This document shows positions 26,594 to 40,137 of a stretch of DNA of 64,000 nt, in pieces (position 1 is the stretch's first letter; every line of letters begins with the position of its first letter). The DNA lies in contig OX597822.1 of the NCBI GenBank assembly GCA_951406725.2, positions 18,104,001 through 18,168,000 on the forward strand. The letters are read 5' to 3'. The notes under the pieces are model-generated. The model saw nothing but the letters and a program-made list of their open reading frames with translations, was not told the DNA's origin and ran no database searches. Both the position numbers and the translations under genes were made by a program. Source of the DNA: Octopus vulgaris (Eukaryota).

Positions 26594-26990
26594 GGCGCAG
26601 GAGTGGCTGTGTGGTAAGTAGCTTGCTAACCAGCCACATGGTTCCGGGTTCAATCCCACTGCGTGGCACCTTGGGCGAGTGTCTTCTGCTATAGCCCCGG
26701 GCCGACCAATGCCTTGTGAGTGGATTTGGTAGACGGAAACTGAAAGAAGCCTGTCGTATATATGTATATATATATGTGTGTGTGTTTGTGTGTCTGTGTT
26801 TGTCCCCCTAGCATTGCTTAACAACCGGTGCTGGTGTGTTTACGTCCCTGTCACTTAGCGGTTCGGCAAAATAGAGACTGATAGAATAAGTACTGGGCTT
26901 ACAAAGAATAAGTCCCGGGGTCAATTTGCTCGACTAAAGGCGGTGCTCCAGCATGGCCGCAGTCAAATGACTGAAACAAGTAAAAGAGTA
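26594..26990 (+). mobile_element. tRNA-derived SINE (family A), full length and young-looking
   Basis: GGCGCAGGAGTGGCTGTGTGGTAAG...GGTTCAATCCC (A and B boxes), ccttgggcgagtgtc CORE-like segment, (TA)(TG) spacer, 3' end gaaacaagtaaaagagta. Probably one of the described octopus tRNA-SINE families; exact name not assigned. Confidence 0.92.
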
Positions 26991-27440
26991 TATATATGTA
27001 TATATGTACACACACACACACATATATATCAACACCATCGTCTTTAATGTTTGTTTTCCATGCTGGCATGGATTGGATGTTTTGACCAGAGCTGGCACAC
27101 TGGAGAGCCGTACCATGTCATACAAAATGCTGAACACCATTTCTCCTGAATCATTCCAGTCTCAGTTCAAATCCTGCCAACTCTGTTTGTTCATCCTTAT
27201 GGGTCTGATGGAATAAATGCCAGTGAAGTAAGGAGGCGTGGGGCGGCAAATGTAGTCGACTTGGCTCTTCCTTAAAAACTGCTGGCCTTGTGTCAGATTT
27301 CAAAAGAATTAGTAAAAGAAGACATTAACACAGCAGGAGTCAGAAAGACTGAAATAAGTTTAAATATTATAAAGCCTTAGCTGGGAGAGAAATATTCAGA
27401 ATGTGAACACATTCCTTGTAAGCTTTTGATGTGTGAAAAA

Positions 27441-27676
27441 TTAATTTCCTTATTACCTGCAGGGAGCTAAACATAGAGAGGACAAACAAGGACAGACAAA
27501 GGGATTAAGTCAAGTACATCGACCTCAGTGCATGACTGGTACGTATTTAATTGACCCCAAAAGGATGAAAGGCAAAGTTGACCTCGGCGGAATTTGAACT
27601 CAGAACGTAGCGGCAGACGAAATACTGCTAAGCATTCCACCCGGCATGCTAAAGTTTCTACCTCCTCACTGCCCTA
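27441..27676 (-). mobile_element. SINE family B
   Basis: Minus strand reads ggcagtgag..gtagaaactttagcatgccggg...gttctgagttcaaattccgccgaggtcaactttgcctttcatcc; related copies at ~18835-18985, 48390-48590, 52570-52765 and 56790-57230. Confidence 0.8.
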
Positions 27677-28524
27677 GATGGGCAAATTATTGAACAGAAG
27701 TGGATCAATTTTAAATATGGAAAAGAAAAGAAATTGCACATTTTGTCTCTCTCTCTCTCTCTTTTTCTCTTTCCATATGTATATATATATATATTTATAT
27801 ATATATATAGATAATTATTTTACTACATTGCAAATCTTTTTTTTGTTCATAAAAATTTTGTTATTTAACAAATGGAAAATCTTTGGAGAATAATCTAAAT
27901 TCATTTGTTTGTTTATTTCTTTTTCTTGTTCTTTTTTTTTGCAACTCTAGTTTATCCTTTAAAGATGTACAAACGAATGAAATTAATTTCGGAATTTAGT
28001 CAGTTTGGTTTATTGAGGACTTTTTCATTTTTGATGACTTAATTTCATACAAAATGATTGTTTAGTGCCGAATGTAACATTTGTTTAATGACATTTACAT
28101 TTGTATCTGAAGAAGTAGAAAGGAAAGCCATCTTGTAAAGCCATACGAGTAAGAATTTACTGGGTTTCTCATGTGATTTGTTTATATATATACACATACA
28201 AACACACGGTCTCATTATAAATCACTTGCTAAACAAGAATAACTCTAATATAATACATATATATATATGGATATTCTAAAAGAAAGCCACAATACTGCAA
28301 TATTTATCTTGAAAGGGCATCATGTATAGAAGTATGGTGCTAAAAAGCAGAGGAGAATCAGAATCTGTGCTTTTTAGCACAGATGCTTTCTCAAGACTAA
28401 TATCCACAGTATTGTGGCTTTCTTTTAGTACACCTACATTAAGTATGGTATACAGATTGCTTTTGGATATCAATGCTGCTTCTGTCACTAGTAATGAATA
28501 TATATTTAGATATGTGTACTGACA

Positions 28525-28750
28525 CTATACCTGTTAGAATGACAAGGGTTCCAGTTGATATGATCAACCAAACAGCCTCCTCGTGAAATTAACGTGCAAG
28601 CAGCTGAGCACTCCACAGACTCGTGTACCCTTAATGTGCTTCTCAGGAAAATTCAGTGTGACAGAATGTGACAAGGCCAACCCTCTGAAATACAGGTACA
28701 CCTCATTTTTGCTAGTTGAATGGACTAGAGGAAGATGTAATAAAGTGATG
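28525..28750 (-). mobile_element. SINE family C fragment
   Basis: agggttccagttgat...gtgaaattaacgtgcaag..gctgagcactccacagac; the inverse copy is at 50625-50820 and a fragment at 23575-23620. Confidence 0.7.
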
Positions 28751-28789
28751 GTTTTGTTTATCAGAAGAGGATGGTCTGATGATGGCAAA

Positions 28790-28935
28790 GAAACTGAAAC
28801 TTCAAAGTTATCAGCTCCTTGCCAGAAAGTGACCACCACTGTATAGAATGGGAACATCTGAAATTGCACATCATGAAAACAAGATTTGAATCTCAACCAA
28901 CAACATCAAAAGTGATGCTGGCAGTTGTTTTTTGT
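28790..28935 (+). mobile_element. Mariner transposase relic
   Basis: PESDHHCIEWEHLKLHIMKTRFESQPTTSKVMLAVVF resembles the mariner PESKRQS.EW.H......KKFK.QPSAGKVMLTVFW segment. Confidence 0.6.
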
Positions 28936-29326
28936 TTTGTTTTATCTCTACTCCTGTGGTCCATTTTTTAAGTATTACCATCACCATCATCATCATTATA
29001 TCATTGGGAGAGCTGAAAGTAAAAAAGATGTTGTTATGCTGAGATGCTGCAATATCTGAAGCAAACGCCTAGAACTACTGTTAAAACTGATCATCATGTG
29101 GTCCTCAGACTGTTTTAAATCCTCCAGAAACAAATTTTAAATATTGAAACACCCTCTTTTTTTCTTTTGCCGTTATTTTATAAGTTATTTATAAATTTAA
29201 CCTTTAAAGGTATTTTTTTAATATGCTGGCCATTGATAAAATTTTTTCCAAAAAATTTTGTCCTATATTAGATGTATATATATATACACATATATGTATA
29301 TATATACACATAAGTGTTTGTATATA

Positions 29327-30470
29327 CAGTTGTGGCCAAAATGTTCAGAACGGCATTGTTTTCGTCAGAAAAGTAAGTATAAGTTTTTATCAAAGTAGTT
29401 TTATATTCTATAATTTTCACAGACAATAAATACGATATGATTTTTTAGAAATTTCTATTGGCTTGTTTCAAGACACATGTTAATTGTGATCAATTATAAT
29501 GGTTATTGACAATTTGTCTATTTTCGGCATCTCCAGATATCATTCCCCAAACCATGACACTTCCTCCACTGAATTTAACACTAGTCTTAAGGCATTTCGG
29601 CGACAATTTTTCACCTACTTTTTGACGAACATACCTTTTCCCATCTGAGTCAAATAACATAAACTTATATTCATCACTGAAATGCACCGTTTGCCATTTT
29701 TCTTGAGACCACAACACATGTTTGGTTGTAAAGGTAAGACGACACTTTTTATTCTTGGAGCTGATCAGTAGCTTCACTGCAGGTGCTCTTGCTTGCAGGT
29801 CATGTTCAACTAAACGACGAGACACAGTTTTTCGAGATAAAGTTTTCTTCAATACAATGCTCATTTTCCGAGAAACAGTAGCAGCAGTTTTAAATCTGTC
29901 CTTTTTAACCAACTTTACCATAGCACGATCTTCTCTTTTGGTCGTTTTGCTTGGCCTACCTGCAAACTTTCTTGCTTCACACGAACCACAATCATCGTAG
30001 ACCTTAAGAATACCGTGTACAACACTTTTTGACTTGTTAACAATCTTTGCAATAGATCCAATGCTTAAATTATCCTTCCTTCGAAGCTTAATAATCTGCT
30101 GACGAATTGGTAATGGAGTAAGTGGCATTATATTAACAAAGTACATTGCAAATATTCTTACTAATGTTTAGTAAACGAACCGTCAGGTAAACAAATTCAA
30201 AACATTAGAGTTCGCCGGTTAAATATACTAAAACACAGAGTAAAAGCAACCGTTCTGATCATTTTGGCCGCCATGGGTTTTGCAGTAAATCACTAAATCA
30301 TCCATAACTTTTGTATTATTCTCTCAAATTACACCAAAATCTCAGGCAATAACAAATAATATCGTATTTATTGTCTGTGAAAATTATAGAATATAAAACA
30401 ACTTTGATAAAAAATTATATCTACTTTTCTGACGAAAACAATGCCGTTCTGAACATTTTGGCCGCCATTG
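29327..30470 (-). mobile_element. Tc1-like transposon with ~110-bp TIRs and TA TSD, internally deleted
   Basis: TA|CAGTTGTGGCCAAAATGTTCAGAACGGC... and ...GCCGTTCTGAACATTTTGGCCGCCATTG|TA; TIRs at 29327-29438 and 30359-30470. Confidence 0.95.
29490..30146 (-). pseudogene. Truncated Tc1 transposase (paired HTH and first catalytic Asp; second D and E lost)
   Basis: GRPSKTTKREDR, KWQTVHFSDE.KF.LF.SDG, KFSGGSVMVWG, then an abrupt end. Confidence 0.9.
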
Positions 30471-30526
30471 TATACACACACACACACACATATAGATAGA
30501 TATACATAGATATATACATATATATG

Positions 30527-30646
<120 letters not shown>

Positions 30647-31796
30647 TACATATATATACATTTATGTATATATATATATATATATGTGTGTGTGTATATA
30701 TGTGTGTGTGCATGTGCTTATGCATTCACATATATATATACATTCATATATGTGTGTGTATTGCACATGTTGGGGGTGCATTTTTGTAAAATATATGCAT
30801 TCATATACACCCACCCACACACATGCAATTACTGGGCTTCGTGTGGAAAGCATTTGTCAATTCATTCATTTAAAACTTTGATTAAATATAGGTTTTATGA
30901 TATCAAATCTAATGTTTATTTCTTATTTGCTTGAGGAACTGTTCAGACTTTTCCTTAACATTTTATTTGTATTTGTGATTTTATATTTTTTTTCCTTATT
31001 AAATTTGTAAATGGAAATATCAAGAAAAAGTTTTGAAATCATTGTATTCTGAAAAATTATTTTTGTGAAGAATTTGACAAGATTCTCGAAAACTGGAAAT
31101 AACAATTATGGAAATGTTGTATCCTTGTCTGTAAGTCAATTTGTATTGCATGTGTACAGATGTAGAAATGCATGCGTGCATGTGTATATGTGTATATATG
31201 AGTGTATAATTATGTGTGTGTGTGTGTGTATGTATGTGTGTGTATCGTCATCATCTTCATTTAATGTCTATTTTCTATGCTGGCATGGGTTGAACAGTTT
31301 AATAGGGGCTGGCCAGCTGAAGAGGTGCTGCAGCTTTGTGATGTGCATGTGTGTGTGGGTGTGTGTGTATTATATCAGATCACTCTTACTGCTGTTGGTA
31401 GCATGTAACCCAACCAAGCCCACCTGGTAAAAAGGGTGGTTTTTGTTAGATACCCTACAGGAGGAAAAACAAAACGTATCAAAGGGCAGCTGAACTCAGT
31501 AGAGTGAACAGCCATCCAACAGCTGGTGGGAGAGAGACTCCCTAGGCTTTGTTTACATACGTGAATGTTGGAGAAGGAAATTCCACAAAGCCAAACATTT
31601 TATTCTTGCCTGTTTCTTGGCAACATGGCTTTCAGAGTCAGTGTTGGTGGTGCTATGCAAGATGTTATTCACTTTAAATTTCAACTCAACCATTTCTGAC
31701 AGCCATTGATTTTAATATCTAGGACAAGACAATTTCTCAGTGATGGTCATATTTGTCTGTGAGATAACAGCCACTATACATACATACATACATTTT

Positions 31797-31854
<58 letters not shown>

Positions 31855-34800
31855 TACATACACACACACACATATATATACACACATATAAACATACATA
31901 TATAAATAATCAGTATCGTTATCATTTTCATCAAGAGTTCAGTCTTATTCTTTTGTTTATTATCCAATTTCTTATGATTTTTATCTATTCATTAATTTTT
32001 TCACCATTTTCTTAAGGCAGAAATTCTCTTCTCAGCTAATTTCATTGAGGAATGAAAGATGGTTGTGTGAAATGATCAACTGTGTGTAAGCAAATAAATA
32101 AATAAAAACACACACACACACACACACAATGGGCTCGGAGACATAAAGTGGTTTTGAATGTTAAACTAATATTTATGTCATGTAAACAGTTTCATTTCCA
32201 TCAAAATCTATTAAATATTAATGATTGATTTTTATCCTCATGTTTCAACCTCATCTGTTTTTATGAGAAATCACAATCAACAAACCTATTTTATAATAAT
32301 ATTCATATTCCAACATTTTCCTCTATTTATATTATGAATTTGTTTCAATATTATTGTATTTCAGTTACCTCTAGTTATAGAACACTCCATTGTATCATGT
32401 TGTTTTGTGTGAGGTATTGATCGACTGAAAAGGCTCTATATTTGTTCATTTGACTCATTCGTTTTACATCCATTTTTCTCTGCAGGCATGGGTTAGTTGG
32501 GTATTTAATGCAGTATTTTTTTACAACCAGGTGCCCTTCATGTCACCAATATTTTCCTGTTTTATTAGTAATGGATTTGATTGTTTACTCCTACTTGTTG
32601 AAGAATGCAGAACTATTAGGCACAGAGTTCTGAGGAAATGCCAGCACAGAAGAATCCATGTGAGAAGCAGAAATCACTTTTATGCACATACTCGTAGGAA
32701 TGCATACACACACACACACATATTCACATAAATATATATACAGACACACAACATATATGTCTATTAACACACACACACACACATGTAGCTTATATTATAA
32801 GATCTTCTTTGTGGTGACCAAAAAATATCCTTATTTGCCAGTGGATAGCTATTTATGTTGAATTTATCATGGAATGGTTTGAATGTTGGTTTGTTTGTCT
32901 GTTTTTTTTCCTCACACTTCAACTATTTCCATTAGTTTGTAATCAGAACCAGGATTTCGGTCTATTGGCACAATAATCCAAAATATTTTGGTATGTTGGT
33001 TTGGTGCAGATAATTTGACTAGATTCTTCAGACTTGCTGAGCAAACCAAATTTAGGACTGCAAACTAACAAACAAACAATTTTTCTGTGAATCCTTTTAC
33101 TTAAAGAAGTGCTAGGCTGACTGTTTCACTTGAGCTTTTAGAATCCACAGACATGTGGAATTGCAGTCCTACTGACAAGACTGAATCTTTCAGCTTGTAG
33201 ATGTAGCAGTGCCCTATCCCTCCAGCCGTCAGACTTTCCCCAAATTATATTTAACCATTAAGGTTTAACTCTTTCATTATTATAGACTTGGTAAGTAAAC
33301 TTCATGTATGACCGAGTGGTATGTGTAACACACCACTTAGTCCAGGAATGAAAGCCACAACCTTTTATGATGGTGAACCCAACACTGCCATGACATGCAC
33401 TATGTTTTGACTAATTGTTTTTGGTACCTTGTTTAGTAGCTAGTAGATAGAGTGATCCTTTCAGTCCTTCAACTCTTCATCCAGTTGAACATGGAAAGTG
33501 TAGCCTTCTCTCAGGAAGGGAGAGGAGGCAACACTGTTAATCGGCTGCTCCTCTTTTTGGCTGAGCAAATCAAAGCAACAACAAGTAAAATGCCTTGCTG
33601 AAGGATGCAATGTGCTGCTTGTCTAAGAATTTAAACCATGACTTCACAATTGGGAGTCCAACACTTCAACCTCTAAACCACACAGCTTCATCTTGATACA
33701 ATTAAATAAGTGAATAAATGGGATAAACTAAATATGACCAAAAATATAATGCAAACATATAAAAATATACAAAATTTGAAGAAACATTTTATTTTCTCCA
33801 AATCATTGTTCCAAATAACTTTCTCAAGACTCTTATTTTTTAGGTTTTTTTTCCTCATTTTAGTTAAGTTTTGGGATCGTCTTACTTTTTTCCTTCTGCT
33901 CATCACTATTTTCAGATTCACTAAAAATGTTTAGATAAAAAATTTCTATATATATGTATACATGTGTGTATGCATATAAGAGATGGCCATAATAGGACAT
34001 CTGACTCACTAGAAAGAGTAGTTAAACTCCAAACCGCTAATAGTTGTAATTCTGAAATGGAAAGAGAAATAAAAGCGTTTACTCTATCCTTTCTGGACTA
34101 TATATATATATATATGTATGTATATAAATGTATGTATGTATGTATGTATGTATTTCCTTGTATTGTTTGTCCTGTACTCTGTTTTTTCGTTGTTTTAAAA
34201 AAAGTCCGTTTCCCTGTTTGATTTTATGTTTTCGTCTCTCATTGTGTTCTACGTTTATTTGTGGTGTCCTGTACTCATATATATATTTATATGCATGTAT
34301 ATATATACATGTAGATGTAAGTATGTACATATATGTATATATGCATATATTTTATTTATTTATTATATTATGTATGTATATGGGTGTCTACACACCTACA
34401 TACCTATTTTTTACATGAATTCTTCTGTGCTGTCTCCTCTTTACATTGATTGACACAGATTTCAAACAATGAAACAACAACAACAACAGACAATCAGAAT
34501 ACAACTGTAATACTTAACAATGTTTTTTTTTATATATATTTCCTAATATCTACTTATGTCTATATTTAACTTTTATATAAACTTCTTTTCAGGCTGTTTT
34601 CTTTTTTCATTATTTCTCTTCTTTTTTTACCTTCCATCTTTATTTTTCTTTCTTTAATTTTTGCTTTCATTAGCTCTCTGTAGTTTTGCTTGTTCACACA
34701 ACTTATGTAGAAAATATAAGAAAGCCATTACATGACAGAAGTGGAAATGTATTTCGCAACTATTACAGACTGTTTCTCATTCTGTTGCAGTGTCATTGTC

Positions 34801-34971
34801 TTCACCCTCCCTGTGTGTCATATATGTGTGTGTGTGTGTGTGCATATATATATGTATATATATGCCACATCAGATTTGAGCCTGGTGCAGCCATCCAGTT
34901 TGCCAGTCCTCAGTCAAACTGTCCAACCCATGCCTGCTTGGAAAGCTGATGTTAAAGGATGATGATGATGA

Positions 34972-35005
<34 letters not shown>

Positions 35006-35016
<11 letters not shown>

Positions 35017-35203
35017 GAGGGCATTATACATACATGCCAGAGGGCATTATACATACATGCCACACGCTAAGAGGGACAATTAGTCATTTCTACCAAAAAT
35101 TTTACTAATCCCACCAAATGCAATTTTTCAAAGTAAGACATGCGTGTGGCATGTATGTATAATGCCCTCTGGCATGTATGTATAATGCCCTCTATATATA
35201 AAT
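35006..35203. repeat. Perfect inverted repeat, 62-bp arms, 74-bp spacer
   Basis: 35006-35067 is the reverse complement of 35142-35203; each arm contains two tandem agagggcattatacatacatgcc units. Confidence 0.9.
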
Positions 35204-35321
35204 TAATATGTTCAATAAGAAATAATTATTTTCGAAATTTTTTCTCTTATGAGGTCTTTCACGCTATCTACCTGACAATTTCTTGTTAAGTTTTCCTTAT
35301 TAAGTAGTTGTCCTTAATTGC

Positions 35322-35381
<60 letters not shown>

Positions 35382-35630
35382 ATGTTATAGCCAAGCAGTG
35401 TTTAGATGTAAGCAAGGTTAGTTAAAATATATTTGTGACATATTTCACCCACTAAAGAGAAAATTCACTGCAGTTACTGTGGAGATAGTTCTCTCTTATG
35501 GTAAAAAGGTGTTAAAACACTATATTTGTTCAGTGTCACCAACTATCATGATTCCCTGTCACCAACTATCATGATTCCCTGCCATTAATGTTTCTAGCTC
35601 CTTAGATGTTATCAATGGGAAATTATACAT

Positions 35631-35680
<50 letters not shown>

Positions 35681-35831
35681 TGAATATTGCTTGCTTGCAG
35701 TGTTACTCAGCCAAACTGACTCATAATGGGAAAAAAAAACTATGAATTAAGTTTACCCTGAAATGTTAATACGAATAGAATGAAGCAAGTATGAGTGTGG
35801 ATGTGTGTATGTATGTATATATACATGCATG

Positions 35832-35871
<40 letters not shown>

Positions 35872-36560
35872 CAGGCCTATTCCCCATTTTTTACGGGGGT
35901 GGGGTATCCGCAACAAGACACACGCCAGACATTCCATTCATTTCCCAGCAGAAAGAGGTAAGCCCCATCCTATGTTCGGGTCAAGGCATAGGATGCAACC
36001 CCCAATATCAGCAGCAGGGCCTGACAGCATATGCTCGTTTACTCCTGCAGCATCATTCTGGTTCTGTACCTCTTTGAGCAACATCAAAATTCACTCATCC
36101 ATTCACAAACATTCTCCAAGCTTTCCTATCGTTTATAAACTCCCTTGCCTCTCTCACTCCAACACCTCTAACCACCAAAGCCTTCCTCACTCCATCCATT
36201 CACACAAACCAAAGTCTGCCTCTGGTTCTGCTGCCTACCACTTCTGCCTTCATCATCCGCCCTCTCCATGTGGCCATATTACCTCAACATTCATCTATCC
36301 ATTTTGGTTGTTAGTTTTTTTCTCATTCCTGCTCATCTTCACACCTCATCCTGTCCATCCGTGTCACACCAACCATAGCCCTCAAACATCTCTCTCAAAC
36401 ACATTTAGCTGCCCCCTTTCTGCCTCTCTCAGCCCCCATATCTCTGTACCCTATAACACTGTCAGTACAATCACACCCCTTTTCACCTTCATGCGCAACC
36501 TTTTAACTCTCAGCATTCCTTTTGCAACTCCAAGTGTCTTACTCTCCTCCCTTTGTTGTA
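35872..36560 (-). mobile_element. Second RTE-like LINE family, degenerate 3' fragment
   Basis: Minus-strand remnants TVL*GTEIWGLREAERGQLNVFE, LR*YGHMER, VVGSRTRGR..., DRKAWRMFV. Confidence 0.75.
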
Positions 36561-36836
36561 GTGATGTGTGGATTCATAGAATCATGTGGCCATCACAGAA
36601 AGCGCCTGCAGCAGACTCGGCCAGCAGATTACATAGTTATCCACATACACACATATAGATATATACATATATATGACAGGCTTCTTTCAGTTTGCAGCTA
36701 CCAAATTCACTCACAAGGCTTTGGTCAGGTCAAAACTATAGTAAAAGACACTAGTCCAAGGTGCCACACAGTGGGACTGAACTCAGTACAATATGGTTGA
36801 GCAGCAAGCTTCTTACCACACAGCCACACCTGTGCC

Positions 36837-36896
<60 letters not shown>

Positions 36897-36897
36897 G

Positions 36898-37452
36898 ACA
36901 AGGTAGTATCAAAAAGTTCCCAGATTAGTTATGTTTAATAAAAAAAAAGCTTCTTTCCCAAAGTTTTAACATTATCACTTTCGAAATGGTTACCTTACGG
37001 TGCAATACACTAGTCCTAGCATTCCTACCACTATTGGAATCATTTTCCATAAGCAAGTCGAGGACCTGCAATTTGCTCTCAGTCTTGACAATGCTGTTAA
37101 AATAGCAGCTTTGAGCTGCATTGTCATCTTGGGGAGGAGATGGAAGTCTGCAGGTGCTAAATCTGGTGAATAAGACAGGTGTGGAAATGATGCCATGTTG
37201 TTTTTGGCAAGAAACTCACATGTGAGGAGAGCACAGTGACAGGGTGCATTGTCATCATGAAGAATCCAATTCTTCACACTTCACGGATCCAATCACTTTT
37301 ACCGAATGTCCCACCTCAAACACTTCACAATGTCACAGTAGAACACTCGATTGATGGTGAGGCCTTGGGAGACGAATTCTTGATGCACAATACACCACGG
37401 ATGTTGAAGCAAAATGATGAGCCTGCTCTTCATTGAAAAGTTTGTGCCACTT
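36898..37452 (-). mobile_element. Mariner (DD34D-type) 3' fragment
   Basis: IVHQEFVSQGLTINRVFYCDIV; WILHDDNAPCH; YSPDLAPADFHLLPKM; terminal aggtagtatcaaaaagttcc. Confidence 0.9.
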
Positions 37453-37485
37453 GAATATATATGTATATATATACACACACACATG

Positions 37486-37535
<50 letters not shown>

Positions 37536-37551
37536 CATACATATCTATCTA

Positions 37552-37599
<48 letters not shown>

Positions 37600-37600
<1 letters not shown>

Positions 37601-38350
37601 CGGGAAGCTTTATGAAAATAGACAAAAGACGAAGGCAGGTGGAAAACAAACAAACAATTGTATTAGTATGGCGCTCAGGAAATATAAATAAAACAAGTCT
37701 TTAACGTTTCGAGCCTACGCTCTTCAACAGAAAGATACACAGAGAGAAAAAAACACAGAAAGAAGGAGAGAAAAAAATGCGTGCAGTAACTAACGAATCA
37801 ACATGGCGATCTGATTTCGGCCAGAAGTCAAAGATCAAACATGAGACGCGAGAGCGAAATTAGGGGAGATAATAGGGTTGAGTGACCAGCTCCAACATAA
37901 GGGGTGTGTGTGTGTGTGTGTGTGTGTATGAGAGAGTATTAGTGCGTATGAGAGGTCTGGACGTGTGTATGTATAGGGTTGGTGTATGTATTAGTATGTA
38001 TTAGTATGTATAAGGGTGTGTGTGTGTGTGTGTATGAGAGAGTATTAGTGCGTATGAGAGGTCTGGACGTGTGTATGTATAGGGTTGGTGTATGTATTAG
38101 TATGTATTAGTATGTATTAGTATGTATTAGTACGTATTAGCATGTATAAGGGTGTGTGTGTGTGTGTATGAGAGAGTATTAGTGTGTATGAGAGGTCTGG
38201 ACGTGTGTATGTATAGGGTTGGTGTATGTATTAGTATGGCACATCATATATGATGTGATGTGTAAAGTCGTGTGGAGAGAGGAGAAGAGGGGGAGGGGGG
38301 AGATAGGAGGGGAGGAGGGAGGGAGAAAGAGGGAAGAAGGGAAGGGGAGT
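37600..38350 (-). mobile_element. Probable Penelope-like relic with hammerhead-like motif and internal minisatellite
   Basis: Lies between (TA)n tracts; minus-strand TCTTT-CTGTTGA-A-GAGCgtagGCTC-GAAACGTTA-AAGA at 37697-37735; three ~110-135-bp tandem units at 37900-38237. Confidence 0.5.
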
Positions 38351-38444
38351 ATATATATATATATATATATTGATGCAAGTTTAAAAAGTACAATAATGCA
38401 AGCATACACAGAAATGCACACACACACACACACACACACAGATA

Positions 38445-38878
38445 TATGTCTTTTGTGTTTTATTTGTTTCAGTAATTTTACTGTGGCCATGTTGGACTAC
38501 TTGAAGGATTTAGTCAAACAAGTTGATACATATGTTTTGAAATTGGGTACTTATTTTATCAGTGTCTTTTGCTGAACCACTAAATTATAGGGATGTAAAC
38601 AAACCAGCACCAGTTGTCAAGCAATGTTGGGGGACAACACATATACTCATAAACACACACAGACACACACACACACACTCTCACACACACACACACGCGC
38701 GTGCGCACACACACACACACACACATAGACGTTCCCACACAATTTCAGTCTTTTAAATTCACTGACAAACCCAGGATTATAGTAAAAGACTCTTGCCCAA
38801 GATGCCATGCAGTGGGATGGAACTTGAAACTACATGTTTGCAAAAGAAACTTATTAACCCCACAGCCATACCTGTCAC
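38445..38878 (-). mobile_element. SINE family A, degenerate
   Basis: Antisense tail and head halves separated by (CA)n. Confidence 0.75.
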
Positions 38879-40105
38879 ACCTTTTCCCTAATCATTAATT
38901 ATAATTAATTACAATTACTGATTTTTATATTATTCCAATGTCATTTTTAATTTCTCTCTTTTGTATTCTTTATTTATTCTGTTGTTTCTTAACCATTCTT
39001 AGGAATTCAGTGTTTGTTGCCTTTCTCAAAGGCAAATATTCCACTAATTCACAGATCGTATTTTCCTCAATATGAAGTTCAGAGTTGTTATTCATGTTGT
39101 CATCTTTCTTCTTCTTATAGTATTTGTGCAGTGTTTTGTGTTGTTGTTGTCATTATTGTTGTTGTTGTTGTTTTAACACAAAGAAAGAATGGTAATATTT
39201 TGCACTTGGAAAACAATTTTTTTCCTTTTGAGGGGAGGGGGATGTTACTTAATTTTCTTTATTTTTTTTTGCCTTGCACTGATTTTCTGTAGTTACTCTC
39301 TATTTTAACTGTTTCATGTGTGATTAGCCTGGAGTCACGTATCTACTCTGCCCCATCGTCCGCCACCAGCCGCATGACCTGCACGCATACCTACAGGCTG
39401 CTTGCGGTGAAGAAAATACGTAAGTTGAACTGATATGAAATGAAATAATGTAAAGGAAATAGAAGGATGTAAATAAATGCAAATAAATAAATAAGATAAA
39501 TGACTGGAATTGAATATTCTCAAATAAATTGATTTCCACTCCTGCTGCCATCCCCCACCCCCCGGCCACTACAAACATATTTTGGTTAGCAATGAAACCA
39601 AAATATATTTCCTGAAACTTATTATTGGCGATCCAACACAGAAATTATATTATACTTTATTACATGTACATGTATGTATGTATGTATGTTGGTTGGTTGT
39701 GTATGTGTGTATGTATGTATGTATGTGTGTATATGTTTGCGTGTGTGTGTATATACATACATTCATATATGTGCATATATATATGAACGTATGTATATAT
39801 ATATGTGCGTGTATACACACACACACACATGCATATATAAAACAAAACTGAAGATTGTATATAAATATGTGTTGCTCTTTAGCCCTAGGTCAGTCCTGAT
39901 CAAGCAAATTTATTCTTTCCAATTGCTGTGTTTTCTAATGTATCATTACTTCTTTGGAAAAGTTAGATATTACCTGACAGAAGTAATTGTCTGCTATTTC
40001 TAGCAAGGCAATCATTGGAATAGGTGCCCCTTCATTGGTGCATGAGACAAGTGAGGTGTTTTGTTGAGCACAAGAGCCATACGACACAGTAATGAATAGC
40101 TTTGT

Positions 40106-40137
<32 letters not shown>

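Noticed and set aside
26594-26670. tRNA-like A and B boxes
   Set aside because: This is the head of a multi-copy SINE, not a cloverleaf tRNA gene.
35795-36658. 287-aa + strand ORF
   Set aside because: Antisense read-through of a degenerate RTE fragment plus microsatellite.
37900-38237. Regularly spaced repeats superficially like a CRISPR array
   Set aside because: Whole units are repeated without unique spacers, there are no cas genes, and the context is eukaryotic.
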